The notes beneath the pieces were generated by a model. That model was given only the letters and a program-made list of their open reading frames with translations, was not told the origin of the DNA and made no database searches. The position numbers were made by a program, and so were the translations under genes. A DNA stretch of 64,000 nucleotides from Lingula anatina (taxonomy: Eukaryota > Animalia > Brachiopoda): positions 23,126,001 through 23,190,000 of the forward strand of contig CM120646.1 of the NCBI GenBank assembly GCA_051362555.1, in the 5' to 3' direction. Numbering within the stretch: the first letter of the stretch is position 1; each line of letters starts with the position of its first letter. This document shows positions 1 through 13,682 of the stretch, piece after piece.

Positions 1-1898
1 ATAAAGTTTACATCCACGTGTTGATCACAAGTACAATTACAAAGTAGTCAGAAAGACATTACATGAGCTACTTTAAAGTGCACGATAAAAAGATCATATG
101 TTGGAATTCATGCTTATGGACTGTTTTTAAGATCATCTGAATTAATAAATCTTTATATGTTTGTTACTTTAATTCTATACATTGCAATTATATTTTTTTT
201 ATTCTTCGACTTTTTAAGGTTATATATAACTCAATTAATAACAAGTTTTTTTTCCTTGGGGGAGGGGGGGGTCCGAGGTGAGTGGGGCGTTGTACCCCCA
301 TCCCCGGTACTTGCAAGCGTCCACGCATCAACAGCAGCAACAACAAGCCGGTCGTATTTTCAAATTAGAAAGGAGACAAAGGCCATATGATCAGCTAAAT
401 TTCCACGTTGGGGGCACGTATACATTGTACATGTAGGGCCGATCTAAATAATTTATAATATGTAATATTATTAAATATCTAAATAATATATAATTTTATT
501 ATTAGGGCCTAATCATTTGCTGCCCGCCCTGCAAGTGGATAGGCTTACTTTAAAGTATTTCTATATCGTACTAGGTACTTAATGGGTCCTCTCGTCCCTT
601 GTAAAACTTGTTTAAAAATAAATTTAGAAACATCGTTGGTTGGATTCATCAAAAATTCCCTGGTCTTAGCTTGTACCCGGCACTCGTTGCGACACCATCT
701 TTAGATAATATGCCCTTATTTTGGAAAAAGAATTATGGATAAGAGATTATTTTCCATGGAGCTATGCTGTTACTTTCCCGGCTATCGTTTAGTTATTTGT
801 GGTGTAGGAGGGCACTTCTGTGCCGTCGCCAAAGACTATCAATTGCGTTTGCAGAGACATTTAGATTGTGTCAGGGTGTGACTGGCTGGGAGACATGATT
901 GTGTTTTGTGGGTGTCTGCCACGAGCGAGCAGATTCCCACGTGACAAATTACACTCCTTGCGATGAAGTTTTTTATTTATAACATTTGTTAACGAAATAT
1001 ACGTACGTTTACTTTTTTTGCTGTAAAATAATTAATTGCTTCCATTGTAAAGAGGTTCGAAAAAGTAAACGTCAACTACGTAAATTTTTAACCCAGCATT
1101 CATTTTGAAATGCTTAATAAATTTGGTAAATGTAAAATGCCTAAAATTGGCTTTCTTCTGTTGAAGAAACTGGACGTATTATATGATATTCAGAAGATGA
1201 CAGAATATAGCGCAATGAAAGCCACGTAACTGCACAGGGCCGCTCAAAGTCAAGGAATAGGCCATAAAGATTGACTGTATTTATGTAAATAATTGATTTA
1301 CTTAATAACTTCGATTGTCATTGGCCATTCTGTATAATTTTTTTAATACAGTAGGCCTATATTCGACAAACTTCCAGACAAAAAGACCAAACGGGTGTTG
1401 AAGCTTTCCATTTGTTTTCTTCAATTCACATCTCTGTTAATAGCGCAGCCACACTGCTATCAGGGGTGTCACACATTTTAACAAACATTGGAATCAAATG
1501 ATGAGTTGTTTGAAAACCTTCAGGTGCTTGTGACTAATAACTTGAAGAGGAAATATTTTAGGTACAGAAGGCATGGAGATGTTTTTAGTTGAAGTGTGAA
1601 TTACAGACCGTTTTAAAAAAAGGTTCTTCTTACACTTGTTAAAGAGATTGTAGTTGAATATTTGTTTAGCTGATAAAATTCAACAAGAAATTACATGTAA
1701 TTGCATATAGAAAATATGTTTTACTACTGTAGCTCGGCAGTGGCTATAACGTTACTATAACGTTTTTGGTCTTATAAAATTTATGGTAATGTTTTAGTAA
1801 TGTTATTTGTTTGCGGAGTATAGGCGTTTCTCATATGAAACTTAACTTAGCGGGGTAAAAAAAATTTACATTTTAAACGACCACTTTCTTACAAAAAG

Positions 1899-1927
1899 AC
1901 CCCTTGCAAATTGCTGTCTACAGGCCT
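1899..1927. mobile_element. Degraded terminus of MITE family A
   Basis: cccttgcaaattgctgtctacaggcctg resembles the family end ccttttgaaattgctggctacgggcctg. Confidence 0.6.
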
Positions 1928-2413
1928 GTATTTAAATATCCAGTTAAATGTTCCGCCTTTCCTGACCCTGAAGTACCTGGTAAATGTTTTTTGAGACCAG
2001 CACCAAATTATCCTATATAAGCACACAATAGGAGACTATTGTCAACTTGATTTTAATTCAGGTAGGCAATGTTTGTCTCTAAATTTTCTTAAACAACCAT
2101 ACAAAGAGGAGGTCCTCAGGGGTGCCCCCGGTCCCCAATTCTTACTACTTATCTTAGAATCCATGCTCATAAAGCTCAATTAGTTTTTGTTTGCCTAAAA
2201 CACGTGGGTTGGCTAAGCTCCCTCTTAGATGACACGCCGTCTGTTGTACGGGTTGTTTTTCCTTCAAATTTCAAACATGGGAGGTGTAGAGAAAATGGCT
2301 TGAGAAAACATTGAGGTGGCGGCCTTTTGGATATTGGAGCTTGGAAACAAATATTTAAATGGTAGATGAAACAGTGAGCTGCAGTTGCCCTGTTTTTGGT
2401 TCTTTTTATTCAG

Positions 2414-2495
2414 ATTTAATCCAAGCTCCGTGCCCGTTGGACTGTCACTTTGTTTGGAGAGGCCATTGTTGTGGAGTCTACACTTGATATCAACT
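2414..2495 (+). other. Possible internal non-coding exon (82 nt)
   Basis: Acceptor tttttggttctttttattcag| and donor ACT|gtgagt. Splice signals only. Confidence 0.3.
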
Positions 2496-5400
2496 GTGAG
2501 TGGGCCAGAAAGAGAACTACAGTTACTTCTTAGGGGGGTGCAATTGATACAGCATGGATGACAAATAGAAATTTGAACAACTTGTACTTTCTCTTTTGTG
2601 TAATAGGAGGTTTTGTATGTTTGAATCACACATGATTCATTTGCTTTGCAAAAACAAGTGAGAACTTGGTGGTATGGTACGTGGATGAAGATTTCAGCTG
2701 ATTTAGAAAACGGCAGTTAATTTTTTGTAGGGAAATATAGAAAATGTGTGAGATTTTGGCTGGATCAAATGAAAAATTACAAACAAAAAAAAAAATGTTA
2801 TTTTAGAAAATGAAATGTTCGTCATACATGTACATGTATTGTTTGGACAAATGTGAGAAATTTGTAATAAAGCACATTTAATTTTAAAAAGAACATATTT
2901 AACTATCTATAAATATGTTTATTGTTTATTCCATATTTGGTCATCCTTTTTGTTTCTCTGGATTTTTCTAGCAGAAAGCTATAAATACTACTTATCAAGC
3001 AATAACAAACAAAAAGAAGAAAAAAGCACACAAAAACGATGCTTCTTTTATAATTTACTGGATCAAAACGCAAAGCTTTTTCAATTTCCAAATATTCCAA
3101 TTGCCTGTCAAATGAAAAGACACAGATCTTTTGATTTCACAGCTTTTAATGAATTCTGCCTCCTTGTTTTCCCTGTTATCATTTGTTTTTTAAACAAGTT
3201 AGACAGCTAATAATTGGATGGCATTGCATATTTAACTTGCCTTTTTTGTTCGTTTGCTTCGAGGCCACTTTAGTTAATTGCTGCTGACATGCGAAGGGGG
3301 GGTCAGATGAAAGAAAAAAAAAACCAAACCTATGCTCAGTTTATTGAAAGCTAAAAAAAACTCTCTGATTTAAAAAAAATCTAGAGAGGTTTACGAACGA
3401 TGCCATGTGTCAGTTACTTGTTTATGAGGGGTGGAAATGATCTTCCTATTGGAGAGTATTCTCAATTTTATGTGAGAAAAACAATTCAGCTAAGATATTT
3501 TGGTACAAGATATTTTGAAAAAATTTTCTAGAAAAGGAATTCGTGGGAATACAAAAATTCCTTCTTCAATTCTTTTTTTTTTTTTTTTTTGCAAATACTT
3601 GCCCCTATCTCTGTAATATATTTAAAAATAACATTGAATCCGTGTAATAAAAGACATAAAAGGCGTGTTAGAAATTGATCTTGAAAAACAAAATTAAGAT
3701 TAACTTTCACTGTCAGGCTTCAAAATTGCTTGGTCCTGAATGACAACTTTAATTAGAGCCCAAAATAATTGCTTTTCGAAGAAAACGTGATTGCAATCAG
3801 CAAAATATACTTTCAGTCAAATACAGTAGGGTTGTTCCAAAATAATGTGGCACAAGGTCAACTTATTTAAGAGAAAATGTGAGGAATTTTTGGAAAGATG
3901 AAAAAGTCTGGAATGAAGGAAGACGTCATTTCCAGGGTTTTTCACAGGGTCAGTGCAAAGGGCAGGAGATTTTAATTGAGGATTGCTGCGTACCTCATTT
4001 AAAAAAACATCACATTTTAATCAAATTATAGGTCTTGTTAACATAGAACAAATGTTTGGAGACCTCGTAAATCACTTGACTTGAGAACGGAAAATTTTAG
4101 ATTCTGCTGAAGGAGCGTTAATGGATACAAATCACTGGATGAACTATTTACAAGTATATTTCTTTTGCTTTCCAGTTTTGTACATAGTATGCAATTAAAT
4201 TAGGCAACGGCTATTGAGGTCCTTGTCATTTTTGCTACTCCTTAAAAACAAACCCCGTGTAAAAGAATAAAATGTTCATAAACTGAGCTGCAAACACACT
4301 GTCAAGCTATTGAAAACTTGAGTTATGTCACATTTGAACCTCTCCTTTTTGGTCACAGTCGCATATTAACCTTGAATAGAACTTAAAAGCCAGCTCTCTT
4401 TTTGAAATGTCCACATCAGCATTGTTTACGCAACCCCGCTATAGGAACTGCAGCACATGTAAGGGAAAACATAACATGAATATGGTTCAAACAATCTTTT
4501 GAAAGCCAGCCTATTTAGGGCTTCAGTGTATTTGAATGGGGCGATATTAGTTTATTTCAAGCGTATTTATGCTGCAACGGTCTCACTTAAATAAAATTGG
4601 GGAGGGGGGTTGGAGTAGAAAATACAGTGGAATTGAAATTTTATTTGATGGTTGATTTTAGAATGTTTAGCGACTGAGAAAAAATTGGTTATTTTGTCAT
4701 GTGCACTTATTCTCCAGACACGATATTATGATATATTACTGGACATACTCATAACTTTGAGCCTAGGGTTAGTCGATTTTTTGCACTTTGAGTTAAATAT
4801 ATCTTAACACACACATATCACATATTATTTTAAAAAATAATAAAATTAATGCCACACATGTGCCAACATTTTTATATCGGAAATGTTCAGCTTTGCTCTC
4901 GTCAGTTTTCTGAGGTATTACCTTTTATTGAGGCTAGTAGATTTTTACATCGTAATGCCATGGTATTTTAATTTATTTGCCTAGTTAAATTGTCTGGTTA
5001 TTATCGCTGTATTATCTCTTCCATAATTTTTTGCCAAACGGCTAGCAGAATATTTCCCCATCTTGCAACTTTTGCCTGGTTTGCGCTGCTTCCAACCACC
5101 TCCCCCCCTCCCCCCTCTCCCCACATCCTGTACCCACTCCCGAAATTTGAAACCCCCAGGGTCCAGGCCGTATGTTCACTCTCGTGTCCCTGGTTCTCCC
5201 CACCGGTCACTGCTGGTCATTGTGTCCACTGCGTTGGCCGTTTGTCCACTGTGAGCGAGGCTACACATATTTATTTATAAACAAACTGGTGAAACACACG
5301 GTCCAGGGCCTGGTATCATAACAACAGCACGGGAAAACATGGATACCGGACGGGGTCTGCTTGATAGACCCAAACAGGGCTGAATTGGTATACAACAATG

Positions 5401-5629
5401 GGCCAAGTCATGTATAATCAATGGCGCAGGGAATATGCCGCGTAGGGCTGTATGCAAACGAAGGGATATTTACAAAGCCATTGGAGCGACACAATAAGAC
5501 CTCAAAGAAGGAGTTCAAAGCTACCGTTACCCAGCCCTGTCAATACACCTTCGATTTTCCCCAGTCGTGCTGGTCCATTTGCTTTGTAGTACATAGTCGC
5601 TTACTAATTGACTTCATTGGGTAAAGAAA

Positions 5630-5703
5630 GCACTACTAGCAGTGGGACTGATTGTTTTTTATTCGTGGCTGACATCGGGATGATTTGCGAGCATTAAAAC
5701 AAG
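5630..5703 (+). other. Candidate alternative first (5'UTR) exon; start approximate
   Basis: Strong donor AAG|gtaaga at 5703/5704 with no good acceptor. Lies in a CpG-retaining region (about 5.0-6.4 kb). Confidence 0.45.
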
Positions 5704-6223
5704 GTAAGAGAGATTAATTTAACGCATTGAGCATCTTTTTTAAAGGGACGCTGTATGTTATGTATAGGCCCCTATAGGAGACGTGGACCTTGCGGACTTG
5801 TTGCATAGAAGTACCTACAGTTAGCGGTGTGTATGTAAAGCAACGGCAGAGCCAGCCTGGGAGGTAGAGTAACACTACGTCTGGACATGGGGGCCGATAG
5901 GGTCCAATAACTCACCCCAGGCTACTGATACTACCCAATACAATCTAGACTGAAAGTTAATGCCCAATCGACACGTTAATTGTCAGGTTTGCATGGGACT
6001 TCTTAAAGTGTTACCACTGTGACATTTAGATGGAAGTGCTTGAAAGCATAGTTTTATTAAGGTAATTAATTAGCTAGCGACATAATTAGGAGGTGGCAGT
6101 CGATGTATATGGTAAAACTGAACTGCATGCTGTCACTGGTAGTAAGACAGATACAAAAACAATGGTTAATCGGTCGGCAGGAGTGCAGGTACTACTCAAG
6201 TCTTATTGACAAACTTCTTGTAT

Positions 6224-6379
6224 CAGGCCCGTAGCCAGGGGGTTCGAAAGAACCCCCTTTTTTGCCGGGAAACGGTCCCTCTGAATAAAATTTCATCTAG
6301 GTACACGAAGGTTTCATAGTAACATTTCCACGTTTTCAGAAATAGAACCCCCCTTTTGAAATTGCTGGCTACGGGCCTG
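6224..6379. mobile_element. MITE (non-autonomous DNA transposon), 156 bp, family A copy 1
   Basis: Perfect 15-bp TIRs CAGGCCCGTAGCCAG...CTGGCTACGGGCCTG. Flanked by direct repeat TGTAT (6219-6223, 6380-6384). Homologous inverted copy at 10358-10525. Confidence 0.9.
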
Positions 6380-8543
6380 TGTATACTGGTCAGTCTTATT
6401 TCAACTATGACAATCATTAGATACACAGGGTCTCTGGGGTGTGTCTCTTTCCACCGTTTTGCTACAGTAAAGACTCCGTAATCTGGCTAACCCTCATTAT
6501 CTGAGTAAGATAAGGATAGGAAGACTTAACCTGACTCACACAGGTTTGTTACTTTTGTTTGGAAATAAGGAGTGGACAGTCTAACCAGGAGATATGCTCC
6601 TCTCACCCCCCCTCCTCTTGCTCACCCTCCCACCTGCCCTCCTGCCCACCCCATGTCCCATGCACTGGCCATGCCCTAGGTAGAGCCTCGTTTAATGATT
6701 TCTAGGTACGTTAATGATTTGATATGCACAGTGGCCGGGATTGATTTTCTATGGAGGCTGCTCCCTGTCCCCTGTTTCATAAAATGGGCTAGGTGAGTGT
6801 GGGATGAGGAGAAATCTTCTGTTGTTTGTTAACTGAAATATTGTGTGAGCTTGGTGAATCATATTGAGAGACATGATGCAATGCATTAATATTAGATACT
6901 TCATTAATAAAGAAAGTTTAATAAAAGAATTATGCTGTGTTCAGTAATGATTGGAATTATTTTTTCGATACAAATGAGACAATGATGTGGAAAATATCTT
7001 AGTGTTTTTCTTGTGTAGTTAATGTTAGAAACAATTTCCTTTTGCCTCCTGGTATTTTTCTGGTGTTGAAAACTTGAAAGACGTAATGTACTCAAACAAT
7101 TTAAATAGCCCTGGATTTTACGTCATTGTTTTAGTTGTGATTACCAAACTAGTCCCATTTGTTAAGTATCAAACTTCGTGCTTGGCTTCCATTGCAGATA
7201 TCACCCTTAGAAAAGAACACAAACATAGTAAAATTATTTTCTCAATGATTTTAGACTAAATTGCGATCATAATGTAACTACTTAGATCCTGTTACTCAAT
7301 ATTTAGTAGATTTGCCAGTGGTAATAAATATGCCTGTAACAAACTGTCCTTATTACGACTAAGCTGTCTTACGGCTGTTTTGATTGGCCGATTAGTCGTC
7401 ACAGAGATTATGCCATATCTGTCCTGCACACAGATTGGTCAGGTCTGGCAATGGCTGGTCAATCCTCGTGCCCTAAAGTCAGGATGAGGCTTAATATTGT
7501 AACAAAGCAATAGTCAAGGCTCCTGTAATGCCACAAGAATTTGAAAGATGGATTTGATATTAGGCTTGTTTGTATCTATCCATTTAGTGGATTTCCTTTC
7601 CACTGTAATAATTAGGGCTCTGGATCTGAGTAAGGTCAATGCACTTTCAGGTGATATATATATATTTGATCAGGATTTGGTTAGAACATGTCTTAATTTC
7701 TTACAGAAGCAGGGATGCAATATTGATAATATAACAGTTTTTTCTCGGTGCCATTCTCATCCTAAAATCAAAAGCGAAATTTAAAAATTGGTGCAGGAAA
7801 GAAAAAATGTTTCTGGCATAAAGTGTCAAACGTATGTTCAGTTGGACATTAAGGGAAATGCCCTGGACATTGAATGACCAGTCCAATTTATTAGATTATA
7901 TAACCATTCTGTTTAACTGTTCTTAGGGATTGTGTTCACCATTGCTCTCTATAGATAAGTCCAGGATTGTTTACAGTGAAAATTGATTGTGGTATTACCC
8001 AAGCTGTTTGTACCATAATCTCCATTCTTGCTAAATAGAACTGTTTGATTGGAAAGTGTTACAACCAAATACAAAATATTATGGCAACAATGAAAGTGTT
8101 TTGAGGGATTTAGAGTACGGTACTTTTCAGTGCAGATCTTTGTGTGCAAACTACAAATCTTGGCAACTCATTTATTGCTTGACATTGCTCCATCCCAACG
8201 TGTTATTTTAATGACGGTTTTTAAGAGGGTACTTGGTGTTAATCGGTTGGATGTGATTGCTAACATTTTGGACACTTAGTTTGCACGAAACATATGATGT
8301 AAAATAATAAGATTTAAAGTTAGTCGACATATATTTAGTCAAATGAAGCAACAATAAGGAATAAAGAATTTGATTAGAATCTAAATATTGAAACAAAAGT
8401 AAACAGTATTGGTCTAAAGTGCACTACTTTTTTCGGCTTTTTTTTCTTTTTTAATCTTTTTTTGTAAATATTTTTAAGCATAGTGAGAAATTAAGAAATG
8501 TCAATAAAGGTAAAGTGCATTTTCAAAAACGTAGCATTACAGG

Positions 8544-8692
8544 GAGCAAAATGTCCTATTAAAATTAAATTTAAATGGCCGATATGAAACCCATGTAATG
8601 GAAATAACATCAGGTACGTGAGCAAAATGTCCTATTAAAATTAAATTTAAATGACCAATGTGGGACCAATGTAATGGGAATAACGTCAGGTA
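8544..8692. repeat. Tandem duplication, two diverged copies, period 76 bp
   Basis: GAGCAAAATGTCCTATTAAAATTAAATTTAAATG...TCAGGTA starts at 8544 and again at 8620. Confidence 0.9.
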
Positions 8693-8919
8693 TAGTGTGT
8701 TGTATTTTTGTAATATTGTTGAATGATAATTTAACTGTTGTCTTTCTGCTTTCAAATCGTCAGCAGACAGTTTAGATTTAATTACAAAGCAGGGGGGCCA
8801 AATATCAAACCAGTGAAAGAAGACAGTGTATTATTTTTTGTGCCCAATTTGAAGTCTGAATCATGTGTCGTCTTTGGGCCACAAAAGTAGTTGCGTAAGC
8901 TTGTCCAAACACTGCCACC

Positions 8920-9211
8920 TGATCGCAGACTCGGAGAGAGACGTGAACAACAACTTTGCTATAGTTAGTGTATTTCAAGTTTGGTTATTTATCTAACATT
9001 GCCAACTTTTGCACAGGGTAACCTGTTACCTAGTGCTTTACTGTTCTGCCAAAGACGCTGCATCAGCAGCCCGCGTAAGACGTGTTTTGACAAAAAATAC
9101 TTCCCTGGGGAGTGAAAAGCCTAGCAAGCGTGCCATAGAAACACAGTGGGAAGGCGGTCAATGGACCAATAATGGAGGAAGGGTCCCTTATTTGATAAAT
9201 AAATAACGCAG
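8920..9211 (+). other. Candidate alternative first exon; start approximate
   Basis: CpG-retaining block ending at donor CAG|gtaaat. Contains only short ATG-stop frames. Confidence 0.3.
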
Positions 9212-10039
9212 GTAAATCACTGTCTTTTCATATTCAGCAGCTGGTGTTATGCCTCCAAATACAAGAGAGTTCCTTTTAATTGGTGAACTAACCCCACACC
9301 TGAGGGTAGCCGATTTGGGGGGAGGAGGAAGATAATTATCTGATTAAGATCTTTATTGATTGTTATCAGATTTTAATTTGTTTGTTGGTGGTTTGTTTTT
9401 TTCTGTGAAAGGCAGGCTGTGCAAAGCTGATTTAGAATGGCTAAATCGTGTACATATTTGTTTGATTTTGAATGTAAAACAGTTATAAAAAGTTAGAAAA
9501 ATGTACATAAATTATAATATTTTATTGTTTTTTAAATATGGCATTTTTTACCATTTCCAATTAATGTCCTTTGTTTCGGAATGTTTAGATGAAAAAGTGT
9601 GTTTTGACATATGTATTGCCAATAACATAAAACTAAAACTGTAAGACTAGAAAAATGAATTTATCCAGGGATAAATTTTGTAATTAATAGATACAGCAAT
9701 CTCAGTATTTAAACGTCTTTTCTTTATCATTCCAATTGAATTATTATATCTTTTAAGTAATATCTCATTATCCTCAACGTAATTGATAAAATCAGGTAGC
9801 TTACATGGCGTCTTATTCCCGGCCCCACTCCCTCTGACCACGAGACGCAAACACAACCGTTATTTACCTAGTAAACTTTGTTCTTGCTATTTTGATAATA
9901 TATTCATGGCAGGTAATGTTAGTCATATGGTCTGAACTTTCCTGTAGTGTCTACCGTTATGACTTTGACATGGCTGACCTAGGTGAAATAGGCTGATAGT
10001 ACGTGTTAATCACTTCGCAGCATGTCCAATTAAACCAGC

Positions 10040-10138
10040 TAATACAGGTGTGCGACTTTTTACTGAAGATTTTACCGTTAAGTGGATTACATTATATTAC
10101 AGTTGAAAGAACTTGGATTTTTTTGCAGACGTTTCAAG
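10040..10138 (+). other. Candidate first exon, or 10-nt microexon 10129-10138
   Basis: Donor AAG|gtaggt at 10138. An internal tttttttgcag acceptor at 10128 would give the microexon ACGTTTCAAG. Confidence 0.4.
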
Positions 10139-10357
10139 GTAGGTTGATGGTGTTGGTGATGGGATGATCAAGTCTACGATCAGCTTCTATACACTAAGCA
10201 GTTTAAGGACCATATTCATATTAATACTTGGTAATGAGGGTTAATGCTTTATCATTGCTATCTCCTAAATTAAATGGATTTGCTGATGAATTAGGATATA
10301 TAAGACTTCATTATGTCAGCTTGTTTGCACATGTAATTTTGAAGCTAAAATAGGACT

Positions 10358-10525
10358 CAGGCCCGTAGCCAGCAATTTCAAAAGGGGGGTTCTTTTTCTG
10401 AAAAAGTGGACCTTTTCCCATGAAAACTTCATGTACCTAGATCAAATTTTACCCAGAGTGGACCTTTTCCCAGCAAAAGGGGCGGTTCTTTCGAACCCCC
10501 CGAACCCCCCCTGGCTACGGGCCTG
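10358..10525. mobile_element. MITE family A copy 2 (168 bp), inverted relative to copy 1
   Basis: Same 15-bp TIRs. The interior is the reverse complement of 6224-6379 (e.g. caatttcaaaaggggggttct vs agaaccccccttttgaaattg). No clean TSD. Confidence 0.9.
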
Positions 10526-13500
10526 GTCCGACTGAAGATTTGACCAAACGAAGTTGGTTGATGAGATTCTGACTGTTCTTCTGCATGTGTTGTAACATTG
10601 CACTCCAACTATGTACAGAAATGTCTGGGTGAGTTTCAGCAGTAGTTTGCAAATATTTAACTATATATGTGATTATTTTAATAAGTAAGATGGGGTACAT
10701 GTGCACATTTACAGTTACAAATGTATATGCTTTCTGAGATCAGCGTGGTTTACAAATGAATGATTTTAGATACTTTTAAGGATTTCATGCATTTACTCTG
10801 GATAAATTAGCCATTATAGGTGGGGTTGAATTGGATAAACAGTTCACCAAATTCTTATGATAAACAATGTAAGGAGTTACTAATTGTGATGCTGCAACAC
10901 TCTTCTAATCAATGTGTTTTCATATATAAGCCTTCTTACCAAGTGCTTTCAATTACATTTGATTATCTAAAAATACAGGAGTTCAGCAAACAACAGCATG
11001 CTTGATTACAGACATTAGTTTCCTTGAAAACATGGAGCATGGAGTGACGTTTAGGTTATAAAAATAATATGAATGAATATTAACGGAGTAAGCCAGGAAA
11101 TGAAGCCTGTGTAAAATCTATACAGTCTACAGTGGCCACAATAGAAACATGTTGCTGGGTTTTCAACAGTGATCACAAGCACCTGATTTATAATAACTAA
11201 ATGAAGCCTTGATGTAGGTATCTTACAATGGTGGAGTATCGATATACATTCACCACCAAGCTGCCATTTTCCTAAGTCTGCTTAAGTGCATTATTGAAGA
11301 GACTTTTAGAAAACTTGCAGTTGATATTCAATTTTGTATTGAAGAGTGATGTAGGAGAAAATTGCTCCTTTGATTCCACACTGCACTCGGCTGGCTGCAA
11401 TACTAGAAGTTTTGATTGAATTGCACAGGAGAGAACAATACACCTGGCAGTGTGTTGACAAACTCTAAACGACCTTCTATTATGAATGCATTCACCAGTT
11501 GAACGTAACCGCCATGTTTGATTTCACTCATGCTTTTGTTTTGTTGAGTTTTGTTTCTCATTGGAAGCGGTCCTAAAGTTGCTTGCAATTACGTACCTTT
11601 GTAGGGGATTATTTTGGTGAAGCGATGCATTCGGGGCTTTCGCACTGGGGTCACTAGGGCTTACTATTATATTTTATTTTAAAGGCTGTTTTCAAAATAC
11701 AGTTGCTGTTAGGGCTTTGGGGTAACCAGACTGAATAGCTAGTGTTTGGTATTGTTTTACAGTAAACTTTAATAATCCACAACAGGTGTTGTTCACACTG
11801 CACAAAAAGCAAAACATGTGGTGTAAAAATGACAAAAGGCAGGTAAAAGGTTTTTCAAATTTGTAAGTCTAAAAGATCCTGGTGGTGAAATTTGAGCTTT
11901 TTAAAAAGCAGTTGAATTGGTGTCTGCTGCCCCCTTTTTGGTGGAGTGTTAAGTCGATATTTTGAAAACTACAGATTTTAATTTAGTTTTTACCACATAC
12001 TGAACATAGGGTTACAATATTGTCTGAAGAAAAAAACATGTGCCTTTTCAATAAACTTTGAAGAGATCTTTATCTTAATTTTGATATTGTTGATGTAGGA
12101 TTGGCACTTAGGATTAAATTGTATGATATTGATAAACAGCTATACCCAAGTTAATTTGGGTGTCATATCATCAAATTGAGAAATAAAAAAATCTCTCTAG
12201 AAAATTACGACCATTTTCAAGAAAATCCGGGTGGCCTTCATTAAAAGGGGCAGTTTTCAATCATCCATTTAAAGTTTAAATTAAATTATTCATTTCTCTT
12301 TATGAATATATACCCCTTAATCCTTAGGCAAATTCTGTCAAAAAAGTCTTTAAATGTATTTTAAAATTTAGAACTTTGAAACTCAATATAATGATAGAGA
12401 ACTACAGGACAAAAAACCTTAAAAACTACCTAAGAATTTCATTAGTACTTCCAAAATTTTCAGGTGCCAGCTTTAAACCCAAAATGCATACAAATGAGTG
12501 CTCCAGTCTGCTGTGTGTAAACCCTCCTCTTGTGCCCCAGGTTTCAGTTCTGGTGCTCCAGTATGCTCTGTGTAAACCTTCCTATTGTACCACAATGTGG
12601 ATGTACAGATCTCCATTACATCCAGTGTCTGCATTAGGAGAGAGCACCTTCAACACACCTGTGGGGAGTGGGTCAATATTTTCACGGGATATTTAGTTAA
12701 CACGGCCATCAAACATACATGAGGTTTAGGGACAGGAGTCAGGAAATATTGACTCACATATAATGGTTGAGTGAGGCTTTGGCTTAGAGGATCGACTTAT
12801 ACTGATTTAGGAAAAATGCATTACTGGTACAGTAGAATTAGAAGTGAATTGCAGTGAAATGAAAATTAAAAGAAGCTGACATTAAAGAGTGCTTTTTTGT
12901 GGATGATTGGTATGTGCAATTACTTTAGAAATGGTGAAAAATTGATTAAAAGTTTGGTTTAATTTTTTCTGAGCATTTACAGTCTTTTACAAAATAAAAG
13001 TTGAGGATAAATTTTTTCATGTTATGGTTTAGAGGATAATAACTAGAATTCATTTTGGTAATGTATTACTTCTTATCCTCATTTTAAAATGGTCTAAGAT
13101 ATTCCATCACTGCAATAGAGAAGTTATATTGTTAGTCTAAGTGCAGTTATCATGTATTATCTGTAATGGAGTACATTGTAATCATTTCTGGTAATTTTTT
13201 TTCACGCTAACAGGAAAAAATCTTTTGTAAATATGCATAAATGTATCATAGGATATCAAATATTCATCATTGAATGGATGTATCGATTTATAAAACTGGC
13301 ATGATGGATATGTTGTTTGATGAAGTTCATTTTCATTTCCTGTGTCAGTAGGAAAATAACATAATTTGTCAGCATCAGAACTTTAAAGTCATTGTCATTT
13401 CCTCGCTAACATGAGATGTGTTCACTTCAAGACAAGCTTAGACCCGAAGCCTTCCCGATGTTTTCTCTGTTAAACTTTTTTTGAAAGACTGGAACAGTAT

Positions 13501-13650
13501 GGCTTCCTCTTATTCTAATCTTATGATGTACTTGTAAATTATAAGTCTGTTTTTTAGTTGACATTACTTCTGATATGAATGGCAAATACCTGTATATATC
13601 TATTGAGTACAGACACATAAAAGATAATTCTTTTCATACTCATTTTTTAG

Positions 13651-13682
13651 CTTTGGATTCTCTTGCGTCACTTCAGACTTTG
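13651..13682 (+). other. Possible 32-nt internal exon
   Basis: Acceptor ttcttttcatactcattttttag| and donor TTG|gtaggt. Confidence 0.4.
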
